Counted from the whole stretch's first letter, positions 24,207-38,467 are shown. The stretch: 63,832 bases of DNA, filler included, from Basidiobolus ranarum (GCA_040143965.1; 38 parts of 38 records of this genome joined end to end with filler, not necessarily neighbours in it), one strand, 5' to 3'. Numbers and translations are program-made. Notes: a model not told the origin generated them from the sequence alone.

Positions 24207-25316
24207 TGTTTGCAAGCTTTTAATGGGGAATTAGTTGAGTAGTTAATATAGAGAATAGGATTGTGACCCACAGCAATGTCGTGAAAGATAGCTGAATGAA
24301 AAGTTGGAGGAATCGTAAATGCCAAACGGAGCGATGAGCTTTTGTATGATTTGGATGGTGTGGTTTTTACCAGTGAAGTGGCCGTGAATTTACTGCTGCA
24401 CTTGTAAATCACCGACAATTATACGAACCATCTTTTGAATTCGTATTTTGTAGATGCGTATCCAGTCAGAAGTCAACGTTGATACGTTCAACAGAATTTG
24501 TAAATTAAACCTCTATAAATGTTCCTATTACGCTGATGCTTACAGATATATTTTACTCTGTAACGCATGTGCAATGAGACTTTAGGAAGTGCATTTAACT
24601 GCTTTGTTATCATTAGGAGATATTTATGAGTAATGTGCAGCGCACATAAATTGACCAGATACTGGCATGTATCGCTGTAACTTGAGTAACAATACCCAGA
24701 ATGTAAGTACAGTATAGAAGCCCTTATTTGGAGTAAACGTGAAACTACTCACTACGGCTGACAAACGTTTGTATGGAATATACAGTTATCCCATGCCATA
24801 CTATAGTTCCACATCCAGAGCCGTTCGAGGATGCAGGCTCCATATAATCAACCTAGCTAATGTAACTAGGTTACTTAAAATACATATATATGCAGGAGAA
24901 ATGGTAGCGAATGCCAGTATGTATACATGATTCATTAGGACTGAACGTTAAGCATTTGCCTACATGTAGTTCAGATGAGTTTCAATCTGTTGAGTTTAGG
25001 TTATCTCTCGATACAAATTTGGTTATGATGTTTGCTTCATTAAGACATAAACATGGCGCCGCAGTAGAATAAGTAATTTGAAGTATTTGCCAGGCAGTAG
25101 CTAAGACGTTCCAATCCGGAAATGTATGCACCTACCATGGAGAGAGCATCAAACTATAGTATAGCGCTATACTTGTATCACACTGAAAGTACTTGGAATG
25201 ATACCAGGGGCTTATTNNNNNNNNNNNNNNNNNNNNNNNNNNNNNNNNNNNNNNNNNNNNTTAATTAATTAANNNNNNNNNNNNNNNNNNNNNNNNNNNN
25301 NNNNNNNNNNNNNNNN

Positions 25317-26900
25317 CTGAGTGAAGGCTGCACATATGGAAAACATCACAGACAACTGTTTTAAAGCTGTGGAGGGATCAAATACACTCAGAATTTTGCC
25401 CTAATTCATTCTGGTTGATGTGGCCCCATGAAGAATGTCTCACTAGGTTGCAAACAGTACTTTATGACCATTTTGGGAGACAAAACATGGTATATCGGGT
25501 ATTCCTCTCATATCAGAATCTGAAGCCTTGACTATGTGCAAGCACTACAAAGCAGTAGTAGAGAAAGACTTAGCACAAAATAAAGGGCATTGTGGAGTGA
25601 TAATGGTGGAGAACACTGCTCTAAAGACATAGCTAGTTTCTTTTCTAAAAATGTAATTGAGTAATAGGAGGACCATAGTGGAGATGGCAAGAGCAATGTT
25701 ACATTATCAAAAGTTAGATTACCAAAATTGAGCTGAATCTGTCTCTACTGTTGTATGTTTCACAAACAGATGCACAACAAGATTGCTACAAAATTCTACT
25801 CCATTTGAAGCTGTATTTGGATCAAAACCAAGTGTGAATCATTTCAGGATCTTTGCTTGCTAAGAATATTGCCAAATTTCCGCTCAACAACACTCTAAAT
25901 TAGAATCTAAGAGCAGTAAGTGCATATCTAGGCTACTATGATGGATCTAAGGCCTGCAAACTTTTGATACCAATGATCCAAAGTTAATCAAGTGCAGAGA
26001 TATGATTGTTGAAGAAAGAGCAAATTTTCCACCTCAAATCCCAGTTTATCATCCAGAAAACAAAATCAGCACTATTCAGGAAGTGTCTAACAAAACTCCA
26101 GCTGTTTCTGAGCCCTATTCAACTGAAATTATTTCCCCAGTTACATCAGTGGATGATTCAGGACCTTGAAGTTCTTCCAGAAGTAGCAATAAGCCAGGGA
26201 ACTGGTACAACACTTTCAATAATGATGTCTGTGCATATGCAGTATTCTGTAGCATGACACAGACTAAAGATGGAGCTACTGAGCATAGAGGTTCAAAATT
26301 ATGGCAAAAAGCAGTGTTGGATGAGTCTTCTACTCATCAGGAAAATACAACATGGGGTTTAAGTCTTCTACCATCAGGGAGAATACCAATAAGTTGCAAA
26401 TGGGTCCACAGAGTCAAAATCAAGCCAAGGGAACCATTGAAAGGTATAAAAATAGATTAGTTGCGACAGGTTCTTCCCATACTCAAGGAGTTGTTTTTAA
26501 TGAAACCTTTGCTGCAGTAGCTAAGATTTGCTTCATTAGATTGCTTCTGGCACTCTCAGCCATTGATAACCTTAGTTTCCATCCAATGGATGTAAAAACA
26601 GCCTTTTTGAATGGAAATCTAGAAGAAGAGATCTCTATGGAGCAACCAGATGGAGTTGTTGGCCCAAAACACCCTTTTGTGGTCTGTAAACTGCACAAGT
26701 TGCTTTATGGACTCAAGCAAGCACCCAGGGCATGGTACAGCAAGACAGATACGTATTGGAAATCAGTGGAATTCCAAACATTCACAGCAGATCATAGTAG
26801 TTGCATCATAAAAACCCAATATAGGGTCCTCATCTTGGCACTAAATGTAGATGACTTGATCTTTGCCACAAATGACCTGTATGATAAAAATGTTTAGGGG
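25317..26900 (+). mobile_element. Ty1/Copia integrase-RT, degenerate
   Basis: SDNGGE, RYKNRLVA, MDVKTAFLNG, LYGLKQAPRAW, NVDDL; integrase precedes RT. Confidence 0.93.
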
Positions 26901-27649
26901 NNNNNNNNNNNNNNNNNNNNNNNNNNNNNNNNNNNNNNNNNNNNTTAATTAATTAANNNNNNNNNNNNNNNNNNNNNNNNNNNNNNNNNNNNNNNNNNNN
27001 TTCCACTCCAAGCTCATATCATTACTATTGCACAGTTTCTATTTTATTATCTATATTTGACTTAAACATATTTCTTAGCAAATCATATCACACCATTAGT
27101 ATTGTCCCCTATCATTTGAGGGTTATCATCTTGACCCACATTAGCCCTATTATCTTCTGGAAAATTCAATAATTGTCTTGAACATTCCACAAGATTCTTG
27201 GAAATTTTGATGATTGATTGAATTTTGATCAATCAAAACTTGATTTTGCCAGAAGATTCCATTACTTTCTGGATTATTCTACAAGCTTCTGGAACATTCC
27301 ATGGATTAGTAATCTTATGATTCACAATGATATTATATCCCCAGATCCTCACTGAAAGGATTCTCTGGAACTTTCTAGACACTCTCATTTGTAGTCATTT
27401 CTACCATCAGGAAAATGTAAATAGGAGCCTTATATTTTCAAATAAAAATCATCCTGGTTTCCATCTAACAATTACCACTTGTAATTTCCTCTTATTTTGA
27501 TCACTGCTTACAAGACCTTTTGAAAAAGAATCTCAAGAGAGACTACTAGAGACAGTTACAAGCTACTGTTTGACTAGAGAGAACTTTACCAGCTCAAAGG
27601 AAGTACTAACTGATAGGTGTTATATTTATGATATCTTATATTTCTGTTA

Positions 27650-28584
27650 CCCTATCTTTGTCTGCATAGGCAAGATACTTTTTGCATGTTTGAATAGATG
27701 ATTACCAGTGCATCGTTGTTCAAGACCCTGCTGGCTGAGCTTATGGTTGCTTTTGATTGGCTATATACCCTTGATCTGATCATTCTCAAAGGATGTTGAA
27801 GCCAGTATATTCTTTGGTCAGGCACCAGCATATCATTCAACAGAAAGCTGGACATTGCATTGTGGTTATCAGTTCTTATACATTTCTAGAAGCTTGATTC
27901 CCTTTCACAAAGACCTAAGAGGCAAGAGACAGACCCATCAACAAACAAGGAGTAGAGCACACTCTTTCTGTCTTCATCAGTCCAATGGCAAAGTTTGACC
28001 TACTACTTGGAAGAGTTTGGGAGACAAAAGCAGGAGCAATGGTCATGAATTACCATGACGGATCTGTATGATACACCATTTATGGAAACAACCCAGGATT
28101 ACTTGCCAACTTTTGTGGAGCACCAGCTATGGACTATAGAGCTCAAACTGACTGCGGAAGCACTATTGAAGAAGATTCTCTCTACCAAATACACAATACA
28201 TCCAACTCAAACTTAGCTTTAGGAGCTGCTTTAGGACCTAAAGTACAATAAGCCATTGTTAAGACCAAGTACAAGGCAGTTGCTACTGAAGTAAAACCTT
28301 CCCTTGAATCACTCACTGATGGAACCAGACCAGTCAATCTGGAAAGAGAGCCACTAGACAATAACAATAGTATCAGACTAACTCAAGGGAGACTAGCACT
28401 GTCAAGATTGGCAATGGAAATGTTAGCCCACAGGAAGTTGAACTATTCAGAGATAAGATTGTTAGACATGACAGAGGCTGTGCATACAATGACCGAGCAA
28501 TGTGACTACTATTGCCCTCAGTTGAGAAACCAATAAAAATTCACACCATAGAGCACAGACCATAGTCTTATTAACCTTACCCAT
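27650..28584 (+). mobile_element. Ty3/Gypsy gag remnant, protease 3' part and pre-RT region, degenerate
   Basis: 27940-28584 is collinear with 52980-53620 (LLLGR.WETKA, KYKAVAT.VKP). Confidence 0.75.
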
Positions 28585-28869
28585 NNNNNNNNNNNNNNNN
28601 NNNNNNNNNNNNNNNNNNNNNNNNNNNNTTAATTAATTAANNNNNNNNNNNNNNNNNNNNNNNNNNNNNNNNNNNNNNNNNNNNAATCAGCACTGAGCTC
28701 CCAGTCCTTTTATGCTATGCCTATATTGCTAGGGAACCTTAACCTAGCCTGTCAATGTATGGTACTTTGGCATTTCAGCTATATAGCAACTGATTGGCCT
28801 TAGACTTTGTGTTCAGATGCAGTCACCATACTCTATACTTTCCTCTTTGGGAATTACAGCTTGTACCAC

Positions 28870-30267
28870 AAGTCATCAGACTTTCTACAATTGAAACTAG
28901 AATTTTGGTTGAATAGGGCTCAGATACAGCTGGAATTTTGTCAGACACTTCCTGAATAGTGCTGAATGTGTTTTCTGGATCAAGAACTGTGATTTGAGGT
29001 GAGAAATGTGCTTTTTCTTCTACAATCACATCTCTGCACTTAATTAACTTCAGAATTTTGGTATCAAGCAGTCGGTAGTCCTTAGATCCTTCACAGTAAC
29101 CAAGAAATATGCATTTTCTGCTTTTGGGTCCCAATTTAGAGTGTTTTTGAGCTGGAATTAGGCAATATGCTGTGCAACCAAAGATCATGAGATGATCCAC
29201 ACTGGGTTTTGATCCATGTAGGGCTTCAACTGCAGTAGAATTTTGTAGTAATCTTGTCGGGAATCTGTATCTGATATAGACTGCAGTGGAGACAGATTTA
29301 GCCCAATATTAGTAATCTAACTTTTGATCATGTAACATTGATCTTATTGTCTCCACTATGGTCCTATTAGCACATTCTGCAACTCCATTTTGCTCTGGAG
29401 TATAAGGTACAGTAGTTTGTTGCTTAATTCTATGTTTAGAGCAACAACTAGTGAAGTCTTTATAGCAGTATTCTTCACCATTATCACACCATAGTACCCT
29501 TATTTTTTGTGCTCACTCTTTCTCTACCATTGCTTTGTAGTGCTTGAATATAGCTAAGGCTTCAGTTTTTGATTTGAACAAGAACACCCAAGCATATCTT
29601 GTTTTGTCATCAATAAAGGTCATAAAGTATCTTTTACCACCTAGTGAGATGTTTTTCATGGGCCCACATAGGTCCAAATTTATCAGGGCAAAATTCTGAG
29701 TGGACTTGATCTCTCCAGAGCTTGAAAACAGCTGTCTGTGATGATTTCCATATTTGCAACCTTCACACAGTTCCAATTTAGTAATATTTCCAGTTACTAA
29801 GCCTGAAACAAGCTGATTTTGGATTATTTGGGTCAGTTTCTGTTCCCCAATGTGGCCCATTCTTCTATGCCATGTTTGACAGCTTATTTCACCAGTTTTG
29901 GCCAAGTTTGCATGCTCAGAATGCAATTTGTTGATTTCTAGCTTGTATTAGCTTTGAGTTCTGCTCCCAGTAGCTAATTTGGTATTAATATGATCTATGA
30001 TGGTGCATCCAGCCTTACTGAGCACAAAATTAAGTCCTTAAGTTGTTGCTTGGCTTACTGAGAGTAGATTCTTGGCTATATTTGGTACATAGATTACATC
30101 ATCTAATTTTGCAGATGATGTAGCTAAATTTTGATCTAAATTGAGTACAACTATGCCCTTACCAACTGAATCTAGTGTTTAGTAATCACCTAAGTAGACT
30201 TTCCTTGTTTGGATTGGTTTTAAGCTGGAAAACCAATCTTTCCTGTTTGACATGTTCTTGCTGGTTT
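28870..30267 (-). mobile_element. Ty1/Copia protease, GAG-pre-integrase and integrase
   Basis: WHRRMGH, CEGCKYG, DLCGPM, FIDDKTRY, PYTPEQNGVAE, IFGCTAY. Confidence 0.93.
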
Positions 30268-30367
30268 NNNNNNNNNNNNNNNNNNNNNNNNNNNNNNNNN
30301 NNNNNNNNNNNTTAATTAATTAANNNNNNNNNNNNNNNNNNNNNNNNNNNNNNNNNNNNNNNNNNNN

Positions 30368-30616
30368 TTATTAAACCATTCAGAAGGAGGAAAATTTAAA
30401 TTATTGGTCAGCAAGCCATTCCAACAGTTCATTTGTTTGATGAGGAACTATCTAGTGCCAATGCAAATGAATGATCATACATGTCCTCAAAGAAACCTTG
30501 ACTTTTCAGATACTGGTCATAATATCCATCAAGTATATTGGTATACCATCAGCTTTATGATGAACACTTTGGTATTTGAGTAATGATCTATGTTTATGTG
30601 ATTTCATCAAAACTTT
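30368..30616 (-). pseudogene. CMC transposase fragment (target of the LTR-B element)
   Basis: Reverse complement of the QGFFE.MYDH region. Confidence 0.75.
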
Positions 30617-31950
30617 TGTTGAAATTGATTAAATAGCAACTCATTATTTTGTAGTTAGTTTATTCATATTCTGATTATTTAGCACTAAATTCTGTCATTC
30701 AAAAATGTGTGTTTATTGCTCTAATTGATAGATATATCAATTAGATCACTTTTACCAATTTTCACTATTTTCTCAAAATATCTCCAAATCACCTCAATTT
30801 TCACCCATGCTCAACAGGCATGTTTGTTATGATCTAAGCACATCCAATAGGCCTATTTCATAGTAAATTATAAATAGGACATATTCAATTCAATAAAACT
30901 TAAATGTCTAATTCACAAATCCCAATCTTGTCCAAAACACTTCCAAATCCCCTAAACACTTTGATCAGGTTATAAGCCCCAACCTGGCTGTTAAAGGAAT
31001 GTCTACCAGTACTATTACCAATGTTTTTGCATCAACAGAAAAGTTTGATGGTGAAAACCTTCACTTTTGGAGGTTCAAGATGCATATGGTGCTAGAAGAC
31101 AAGTACCTTTGGGGATTTGTTACAGGAGAAGAGATAGATCTAAAGGGACCACCAAAAGCTATCCTTGCCTTTCACAAGAAGCAGAGGAAAGCACTCTCTA
31201 CACTTTGTCTTCATCTCAGCTACTCTAAATTGAGGCGCATACAATCAGCCAAAAATGTCCTAAATGCTTGGGAAACACTTGCAAACTATATGAGATTAAA
31301 AATCTGGCTAATAGGCTGTATTGTAGGTGATAATTATTCTTAATTCAGATGAATTCTGATGATTCTATGCTTAATTATATAAATTGGATAAAAAATATGG
31401 CAGATCAGCTCTCATCCATTGGAGCACCTCTAAATGAAGATGACTTAATCATGACACTACTTGGGAGCCTGCCAGACAGGTTTGGGAACCTCATAAATGC
31501 CCTAGATTTGGGATCACAGCCATTAATATTGGAATATGTTGGTGCTAGGCTTTTGAATGAAGAATTAAGGAGATCTAATCCTCAGTAAAATATTACAGAA
31601 CAGTCATTTTTTGGCAGTTCAAAATGTCCAACAGGCTTCAATAATGGTGCCCCTATAAGGAAATTAATCATTTGCAAATATTGCAAGAAACCAGGCCATT
31701 TAATCAAATTTTGCAGAAAAAGGATTTTTACCGTGAAGCTAAAATTGGAACAAGCAAATCAAGTAGGCACTGATAGGAGCATATATTTGTGTCTGCCCTA
31801 TGAGTAACCACTAAAGATGACTCAGAAATGTGGTATATAGATTCAGGAGCTTCCCAGCATATGTCAAACAGGAAAGATTGGTTTTCCAGCTTAAAACCAA
31901 TCCAAACAAGGAAAGTCTACTTAGGTTATGACTTTGCACTAGATGCAGTT
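30617..31950 (+). mobile_element. Ty1/Copia 5' end: complete LTR family B (30617-30967), PBS (30968-30979), gag from 30999, zinc knuckle and protease
   Basis: TG...CA LTR; GGTTATAAGCCC; EKFDGENLHFWRFKM, CKYCKKPGHLIKFC, WYIDSGASQHM. Confidence 0.93.
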
Positions 31951-32050
31951 NNNNNNNNNNNNNNNNNNNNNNNNNNNNNNNNNNNNNNNNNNNNTTAATT
32001 AATTAANNNNNNNNNNNNNNNNNNNNNNNNNNNNNNNNNNNNNNNNNNNN

Positions 32051-33104
32051 TCCCAGTATAGAATAATCAAAGACAAGATCTGTAACACAAGCAAGATTAG
32101 AGACATACAACCACATAGTAAATGAATCTGTAAATGCTGACCTCCAATCGTCGCCTTGGCCACTTCGTATCGAACTGAGATGTTATAGAAACAATGGGTA
32201 GATGATTTGTTACGATCATTTGGGCTAGGGCACTCTGTTAGCTTTTGGTTGGTAACGAGATAACCAGGATCATTGAAAATCCTTCTCTCTAGCCAATTAT
32301 CTGCTTTAGTCAGATTCTTAATGCATCGATTGATCTCGGCATCGGGGTACTCTGTGGCTCCTTTCGTGCGGGCCAGTAAGGTAAATGAAGGAAACATGGG
32401 GGACACATCCTTACCCAAGTACCGTTTCACCTCTTCGCCTACGTTGGAGGTGGAGTGAGATAGATCCGCCACCTTCCCATTGATGGCTACATATTTCGAC
32501 CCACTTAACTCTTCTGGTGAGAAAAAATTGAAGGGAGTACAATATGTATAAGGAGCGAGTTCTATCCAAGCAAAGAACAAAAAGGACAAGGTGCAGATAA
32601 AAAGAATCAGAGTGATTTTCTCGCGAAGTGACTGTCTAGAATCTATATTGAATCCAGGAAATTAGGAAGTATGCTAAGGCAATGGATCAATGGAATCGGG
32701 TCTTACCGGCATCTTTTTTCCCAAAAGATTTTAGTAACAAGTCAGGTATAAAGAATGAGAAGATGTTGGAGGTGAGCATCCAATATCTTCTAGCTTTGGA
32801 GGGAGTCGGGAATTTCTTTCCATTGGATAGCTCTTCCAGGGAGTTTTTTGAGCCTTTTCGGTGAGGCCCAGCTTCGGATTGTGTCACAAAGAATTTCTCA
32901 TCGACGCAGGGTTCAAAGAATAAATCCTTTTTTTGGCCATCCCATGATGTGTACTTAGAACCTGGATAATAGTCAGGAGTGAGGTCAGAATGGTTGATTT
33001 ATACTTAATATTGAAGGTTCCTTTCATTTACTTTTCGAGTCCTCATTCCCGCGAAAATGGCGATATAACGAGGGTTTGCTGTATTTTTTACTCGACGATG
33101 GCAT
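32051..33104 (-). CDS. Chitin synthase, division 2 (class IV/V/VII-like, cytochrome-b5-like region, no myosin motor), 5' fragment with introns
   Basis: TPSKARRYW...FFIPDLLL..FG, spliced DSRQSLREKITL (RxAWREK-type motif), VAINGKVADL, YLGKDVSPMFP; GT-AG introns near 32961-33031 and 32642-32707. Confidence 0.8.
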
Positions 33105-33732
33105 AAATTAGGGTGGATTAGGCGGAATATTTAGAGTAAGAGTTTCCAAAAACCAGCAGGAATCAAAATGTGTAATTTCTACTCAGTATTTGCTACTCAG
33201 TTTTGCATGTTCAAGTGGAAGAAAACAAGCTGATGAAAGTGAAAAAATCCGTGAGCATCCCAAAGCTCTGAGATATATATACGAACTTGAAGTGGTACAG
33301 CTGTAGGTGGAAGTCCCATTCTTGCCTTATTTGATGTGAGCATTGAAGCTGGGACAGGGATAGGGATCTGGGGATCGATGCACAGCTATCTTTATCTTTC
33401 AGAATATTACGTTAGTGGCTTGATGATTGGACTCGACGCTTGGTTGAAATGGAGAAGGTACATTCAATGTTTACTACCATGCTGCCTCACGTAGTTTATA
33501 CTGTGTTGGAAATATGTACCAATGCAAGCTACCTATGCAAGCGAGTTGTATTCTAATAAATCTCCGCCCATATATTCGAATTCCCTCCATATTTCCGATG
33601 GATGTGGTTTGTGCAGCATTACTGCATCTTTGNNNNNNNNNNNNNNNNNNNNNNNNNNNNNNNNNNNNNNNNNNNNTTAATTAATTAANNNNNNNNNNNN
33701 NNNNNNNNNNNNNNNNNNNNNNNNNNNNNNNN

Positions 33733-34986
33733 ATAGATACTTTTTTGGAAACACTCAAATTCCAAAAGAGTAATGCCAACTATAGTATCTACTTCAGGCC
33801 AGATAAGACAAGCCAAATTTTATTAGCCTTATATGTAGATGCTGTAGCAAACAATGACTTGAAGGCCTTGGAGAAAACCATATCCAGCTTATCTGCCAAA
33901 TTCAAAATGACTGATCTTGGTGAACTGACAAACTATCTTTGAATTCAAATTAAGATATATAGAACTATTAAAACAATAACTTTAAACCAGTCTAAGTATA
34001 TCCTAGATGTACCAAAGAAGTTTAAAATGGAAGAATGCAATCCAGTATCTACCCTAATGGAGACAAATCTTAACTTGATCAACAATAGCTCAAATCAGAT
34101 ATTTTTGGATAAAAATGAAATCCTGAAATTTCCTGATCAATCTATGGTTGGTAGTTTGATGTATATCATGGTTTGAACATAGCCTGATATTGCATATTTT
34201 GAGGGAGTTATGTGCCAATATCTTCAAAATTATGGATATGATCAAATCATAGCAGTTAAGTAGTTTTTGAGATGTTTAAAAGGCACTGTGGATCTGTGCT
34301 TAAAATACACATATTCTGGATCAAACTTTGATCTGATGGGATACTAAGATGCAAACTAGGGAAGAGATATTGGAGACAGGAGATCTACAACAGGATACTT
34401 ATTTCTTTGCTATAATGGAGCTATTTCTTTGTATACAAAGAAACAACCTACCATACCACTTTCAATAACAAAAGCTTAATACATGGCTGCCTGTGAAACA
34501 ACAAAAGAAGCAATATGGTTAAGAAAGCTCTTATCAGATTTAGGTTATTCTCAAAACTCATCAACTACAATAATACAAGATAATCAACATGGTATCAAAT
34601 TAGCTAAAAATCACATGTTTCATAATTGAAGTTAACATATAAATATTAAGCATCACTTCATTAGAGACTGTAGAGAATCAGTTTATTGACTTAACTCATT
34701 GCTCTACAAAAGACATGATTGCTGATATATTAAGTAAACCATTAGCTAGACAGAAATATGAGAAATTTAGACCTTTATTAGGATGAGTTTATATGACTAT
34801 TTAGTTGAGAGAGAGTGTTGAAATTAGCATTGCCTAAACACCGATATAGTCATATATAGCTTAGTACTTAGTTATCTTCTAATTCACTAAGATATTATCC
34901 ATTATTCTCAATTGGAATCTACTTTGAATATTGACACCAACTTAGAAGTTCTCAGATATATAGATTCTTCAAGCTTGTGCTAGAAG
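33733..34986 (+). mobile_element. Ty1/Copia RT-RNase H, PPT and truncated 3' LTR family C (from 34816)
   Basis: FKMTDLGEL, RRSTTGY, MIADILSKPL; GTTGAGAGAGAG then TGTTGAAATTAGC. Confidence 0.92.
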
Positions 34987-35092
34987 TTATTGTATTACTC
35001 ACTTTATTTCAACAATTGATATATATCTAGTAAGGTATATGCATATATGTATATAAAAACGATATAGTTTCATCATTTTCGTAACGTTGTAC

Positions 35093-35313
35093 CTAGTATT
35101 TATAGGCTGATCCACCACTTCCACCACCATTCCCTCCATAGTCACTGCCTGATCCACCACTACCACCACTATATTTTCCACTGCTTCCGCCACCATTGCC
35201 TCCGTAGTCACCACCTGATCCGCCACCACCACCACCGCTATATTTTCCACTACTTCCGCCACCATTAGCTTCGTAGTTACCACCCGATCCGCTACCACCA
35301 CCGCCGCTGTATT
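35093..35313 (-). CDS. Gly/Ser/Tyr-rich repeat protein, C-terminal fragment (absent from the ORF track)
   Basis: YSGGGGSGSGGNYEANGGGSSGKYSGGGGGSGGDYGGNGGGSSGKYSGSGGSGSDYGGNGGGSGGSAYKY*; AATAAA downstream on the minus strand. Confidence 0.8.
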
Positions 35314-35437
35314 NNNNNNNNNNNNNNNNNNNNNNNNNNNNNNNNNNNNNNNNNNNNTTAATTAATTAANNNNNNNNNNNNNNNNNNNNNNNNNNNNNNN
35401 NNNNNNNNNNNNNACAAAAACAAATCTAGAGGCAAAC

Positions 35438-36700
35438 CCCTAACAGAAATTTGAGGATTGTTATTGTAGGAAAACCATCACAATTTTAATCCATTTGGAA
35501 TTGACCATTTGCTTACCATCATAAAATTGTCAAGTTAGATTTGATATTAATCAATTTTTTGGCTTCAGGAGTGAGATTTTAAGATCTTGCAAAATACTTG
35601 AACATGTTTGGCTACAATCTCAGCAAACTATGGATCAACACATATGCAAAAAATGTAACTCAAATATTACACATTGACCACTTGAACACTAATCCTCAAC
35701 AAAAAAATTTTAGATTTGCATTTCACACTATTTTGTTACTGTTTTATAGTAGTCTTATGCTGGTATTGCAACAATCATCTTATGGTTCCTCTACCAGTCT
35801 TCATTTGCTCTGATTTTCTATTGGTATTCTTACCCCTATATTTGTGTTTTCTCTGGTTTTCCTCTGGTATTCATTCCCATAATTTTGATATGGTAAAATG
35901 TTTTCTTTAAAATTCCCAATTTCTTTGATATATTCTCTTGAATATGTTTATAAAGTTCTTCATACCTGAGGTTTAGCTCATATCCAACACAAGTTTTATC
36001 AATATCTCCATCAAAGCCCACCATTGTATTAATGTTGCTGAATCAACATTCTTCCAGCTATCTGGCAGATACCCTACAATATTGTGCCACTCTGTATTAA
36101 GTTCTTCCCAGATATCTGCCTGGTCAACACCAGACTGAATGTCAAGTTGAATATTCTTATTCTGAAGCCACTTTCCACATACTTGTACTCCATTTTTCCC
36201 TTCATACTTTTGAAAATACTCCTCAAGTACTGTTGCTATTTTCATATGCCCTTGTAGTTTGATACTACTGAGGGTGATTTATGTTGTTTGTGTGGCTTGT
36301 TGCTTGCCTTTAATATTGGGGCTAATTTCAACACTTTGGAAAGTACCAGTTGAGGTTGCAGAGCCCTGAGTTTTATTTGCTGGTGTTTTGGCTTGTTGAG
36401 AGGTGCCAGGTGTTGGATAAACTTCCAAATTTAGCACTCTTCCAATTGGTGTACCTAGATCCATGGTGAGATTAAGCTTTTTTGCCAGTATATCTGACTC
36501 TGGAAGTGCAGATCTTTTTAGTGGTGTGAAGAGCTTGGTAAATGGGACAGTAGAGCCTAAACTCACTGGCTCCTTTGCTGTTGTCTTTGATTTACTAACT
36601 TCCTGCTCCTTAAGTACTTCTTTAGCTGCTTTTCTTTCTTTTCCAAGTTGATAAATGTGCACATTTTTAAGATGATTCATGAATAGGCCTATACTTGTCA
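35438..36700 (+). mobile_element. CMC left terminus and ORF2 3' half (minus), with an unrelated insert at about 35690-35910
   Basis: CCCTAACAGAAATTTGAGG at 35438; ORF2 peptides in ORFs 35973-36245 and 36279-36728. Confidence 0.85.
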
Positions 36701-37094
36701 CAATTCTGTTCTTGGCATACTGATCCACCGCAAATAGAACTATTCTATTATTAGATTATGCCACCATATCTGCTATGCCATCCCTTCTTGCCAATCTTGT
36801 GGTAGTTTATCCCGGTTACCTTATATGGAAGTCATGTTCTCTGGCACATTCCATGAAACCTAACCAATCATGTCATCCCGCACATAGTGTATTTCCACCA
36901 ATACCTTCCATGGATCGTCACCTGATCATCCCTACATCATCCTTACATCATCCATTGTTGTATTGGGCCTTGTAGTCCCCCACACCCCAATACTNNNNNN
37001 NNNNNNNNNNNNNNNNNNNNNNNNNNNNNNNNNNNNNNTTAATTAATTAANNNNNNNNNNNNNNNNNNNNNNNNNNNNNNNNNNNNNNNNNNNN

Positions 37095-38150
37095 CTACAA
37101 AATAATACTCCCTTTGAAGCCCTATATGGCTCAAAACCAAGTGTGGATCATCTCAGGATCTTTGGTTGCACAGCATATTGCCTAATTTCAGCTCAAAAAT
37201 GTTCTAAATTGGAACCCAAAAGCAGAAAATGCATATTTTGTGGTTACTTTGATAGATCTAAAGCCTACAAACTGTTTAATACTAAAAATCAGAAGTTGAT
37301 CAGGTGCCAAGATGTGATTTTTGCTGAACAAGCAAATTTTGCACCTCAAATCACAGTTCTTCATCCAGAATACACAGTCAGCACTATTCAGGAAGGGTCT
37401 GACAAACTTCCAGCTGTATCTGAGCCCTATTCAACCAAAACTCAAGTCCCAAACATGTCAGAGGATGATTCAGGACCTAGAAGATCAGCCAGAAGAAAAA
37501 ATCAGCCAGGGAACTGGTGGAACACTTCCTATGAAGATGTATATGCTGGTGTATTGTTCTGTGACAGGCCACAGACTCTGGATCAAGCTCTGGAGTGTCC
37601 AGAACTGTATTTATGGGAAAAAGCAAATTCTGATTAGTTTTCTTCACTTTACAACAGTGTAACATTGGTCTTGAGTCATCTGCCATTAGGGAGATAGCCA
37701 ATAGGTTGCAAATAGGTCTAGGAAGTCAAAAACTAAGCTGAGAACCATAGACAGGTACAAAGTCAGATTAGTTGCAAAATGTTATTCCCAGACTCCAAAA
37801 GTTAATTTTAATGAAACTCCAGTAGCTTTGTTTGCTCCATTAGATCAATCCTGGCACTTTCAGCCATCTATAATCTTGATTTAAATCCAATGGATGTAAA
37901 AACAGCATTTGTGATAGAATTCTAAAAGAAGAGACTTTGATGAACCTACCTGATTGATTTGTTGACCCAAAACAACCTGATATGGTCTTAAAACTGCAAT
38001 AGTTGCTATATGGACTTAGGCATGCTACCAGGGCCTAGTTGAAAAAGATAATTGCTTATTGAGAATCACTGAAATTCAAAAAATGGACAGCAGAACACAG
38101 TATGTGCTTCAAAACAACCAGAAACAGGATCCTTATCTTGCCACTATCTT
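37095..38150 (+). mobile_element. Ty1/Copia integrase C-terminus and RT, degenerate
   Basis: HLRIFGCTAY, KLEPKSRKCIF, RYKVRLVA, MDVKTAF. Confidence 0.9.
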
Positions 38151-38467
38151 GGGCTTCAAAACTTTGTGTGTAAGGGGTGCCAGAGTATTCTAGAACTATA
38201 TCTACACTTCCTCTTAAATATCTGAATATTCGTTTTACTGCAGTTTCATGACTGGATCCTGTAATTTTGCAAGATCAACTTGCAGTTCCCAATGCACAGC
38301 AATGTCTGGATGTGTTCCAACCAATGAATAAACAAATGTACAAACCCTGGATTGATGAAGGAACTCCTGACTTTGATTTGAGTCATTTTGGGCCCAATAT
38401 CCGATTAAGTGCTTCTGGAACTTTGGTGGCTATGATCTTGTCATTGACATATAGTCCTAAGATAAGG

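Noticed and set aside
34999-35301. Val-rich 100-aa ORF from the ORF track
   Set aside because: It is a shifted reading of GGT/GGC glycine codons; the Gly-rich frame is the plausible one
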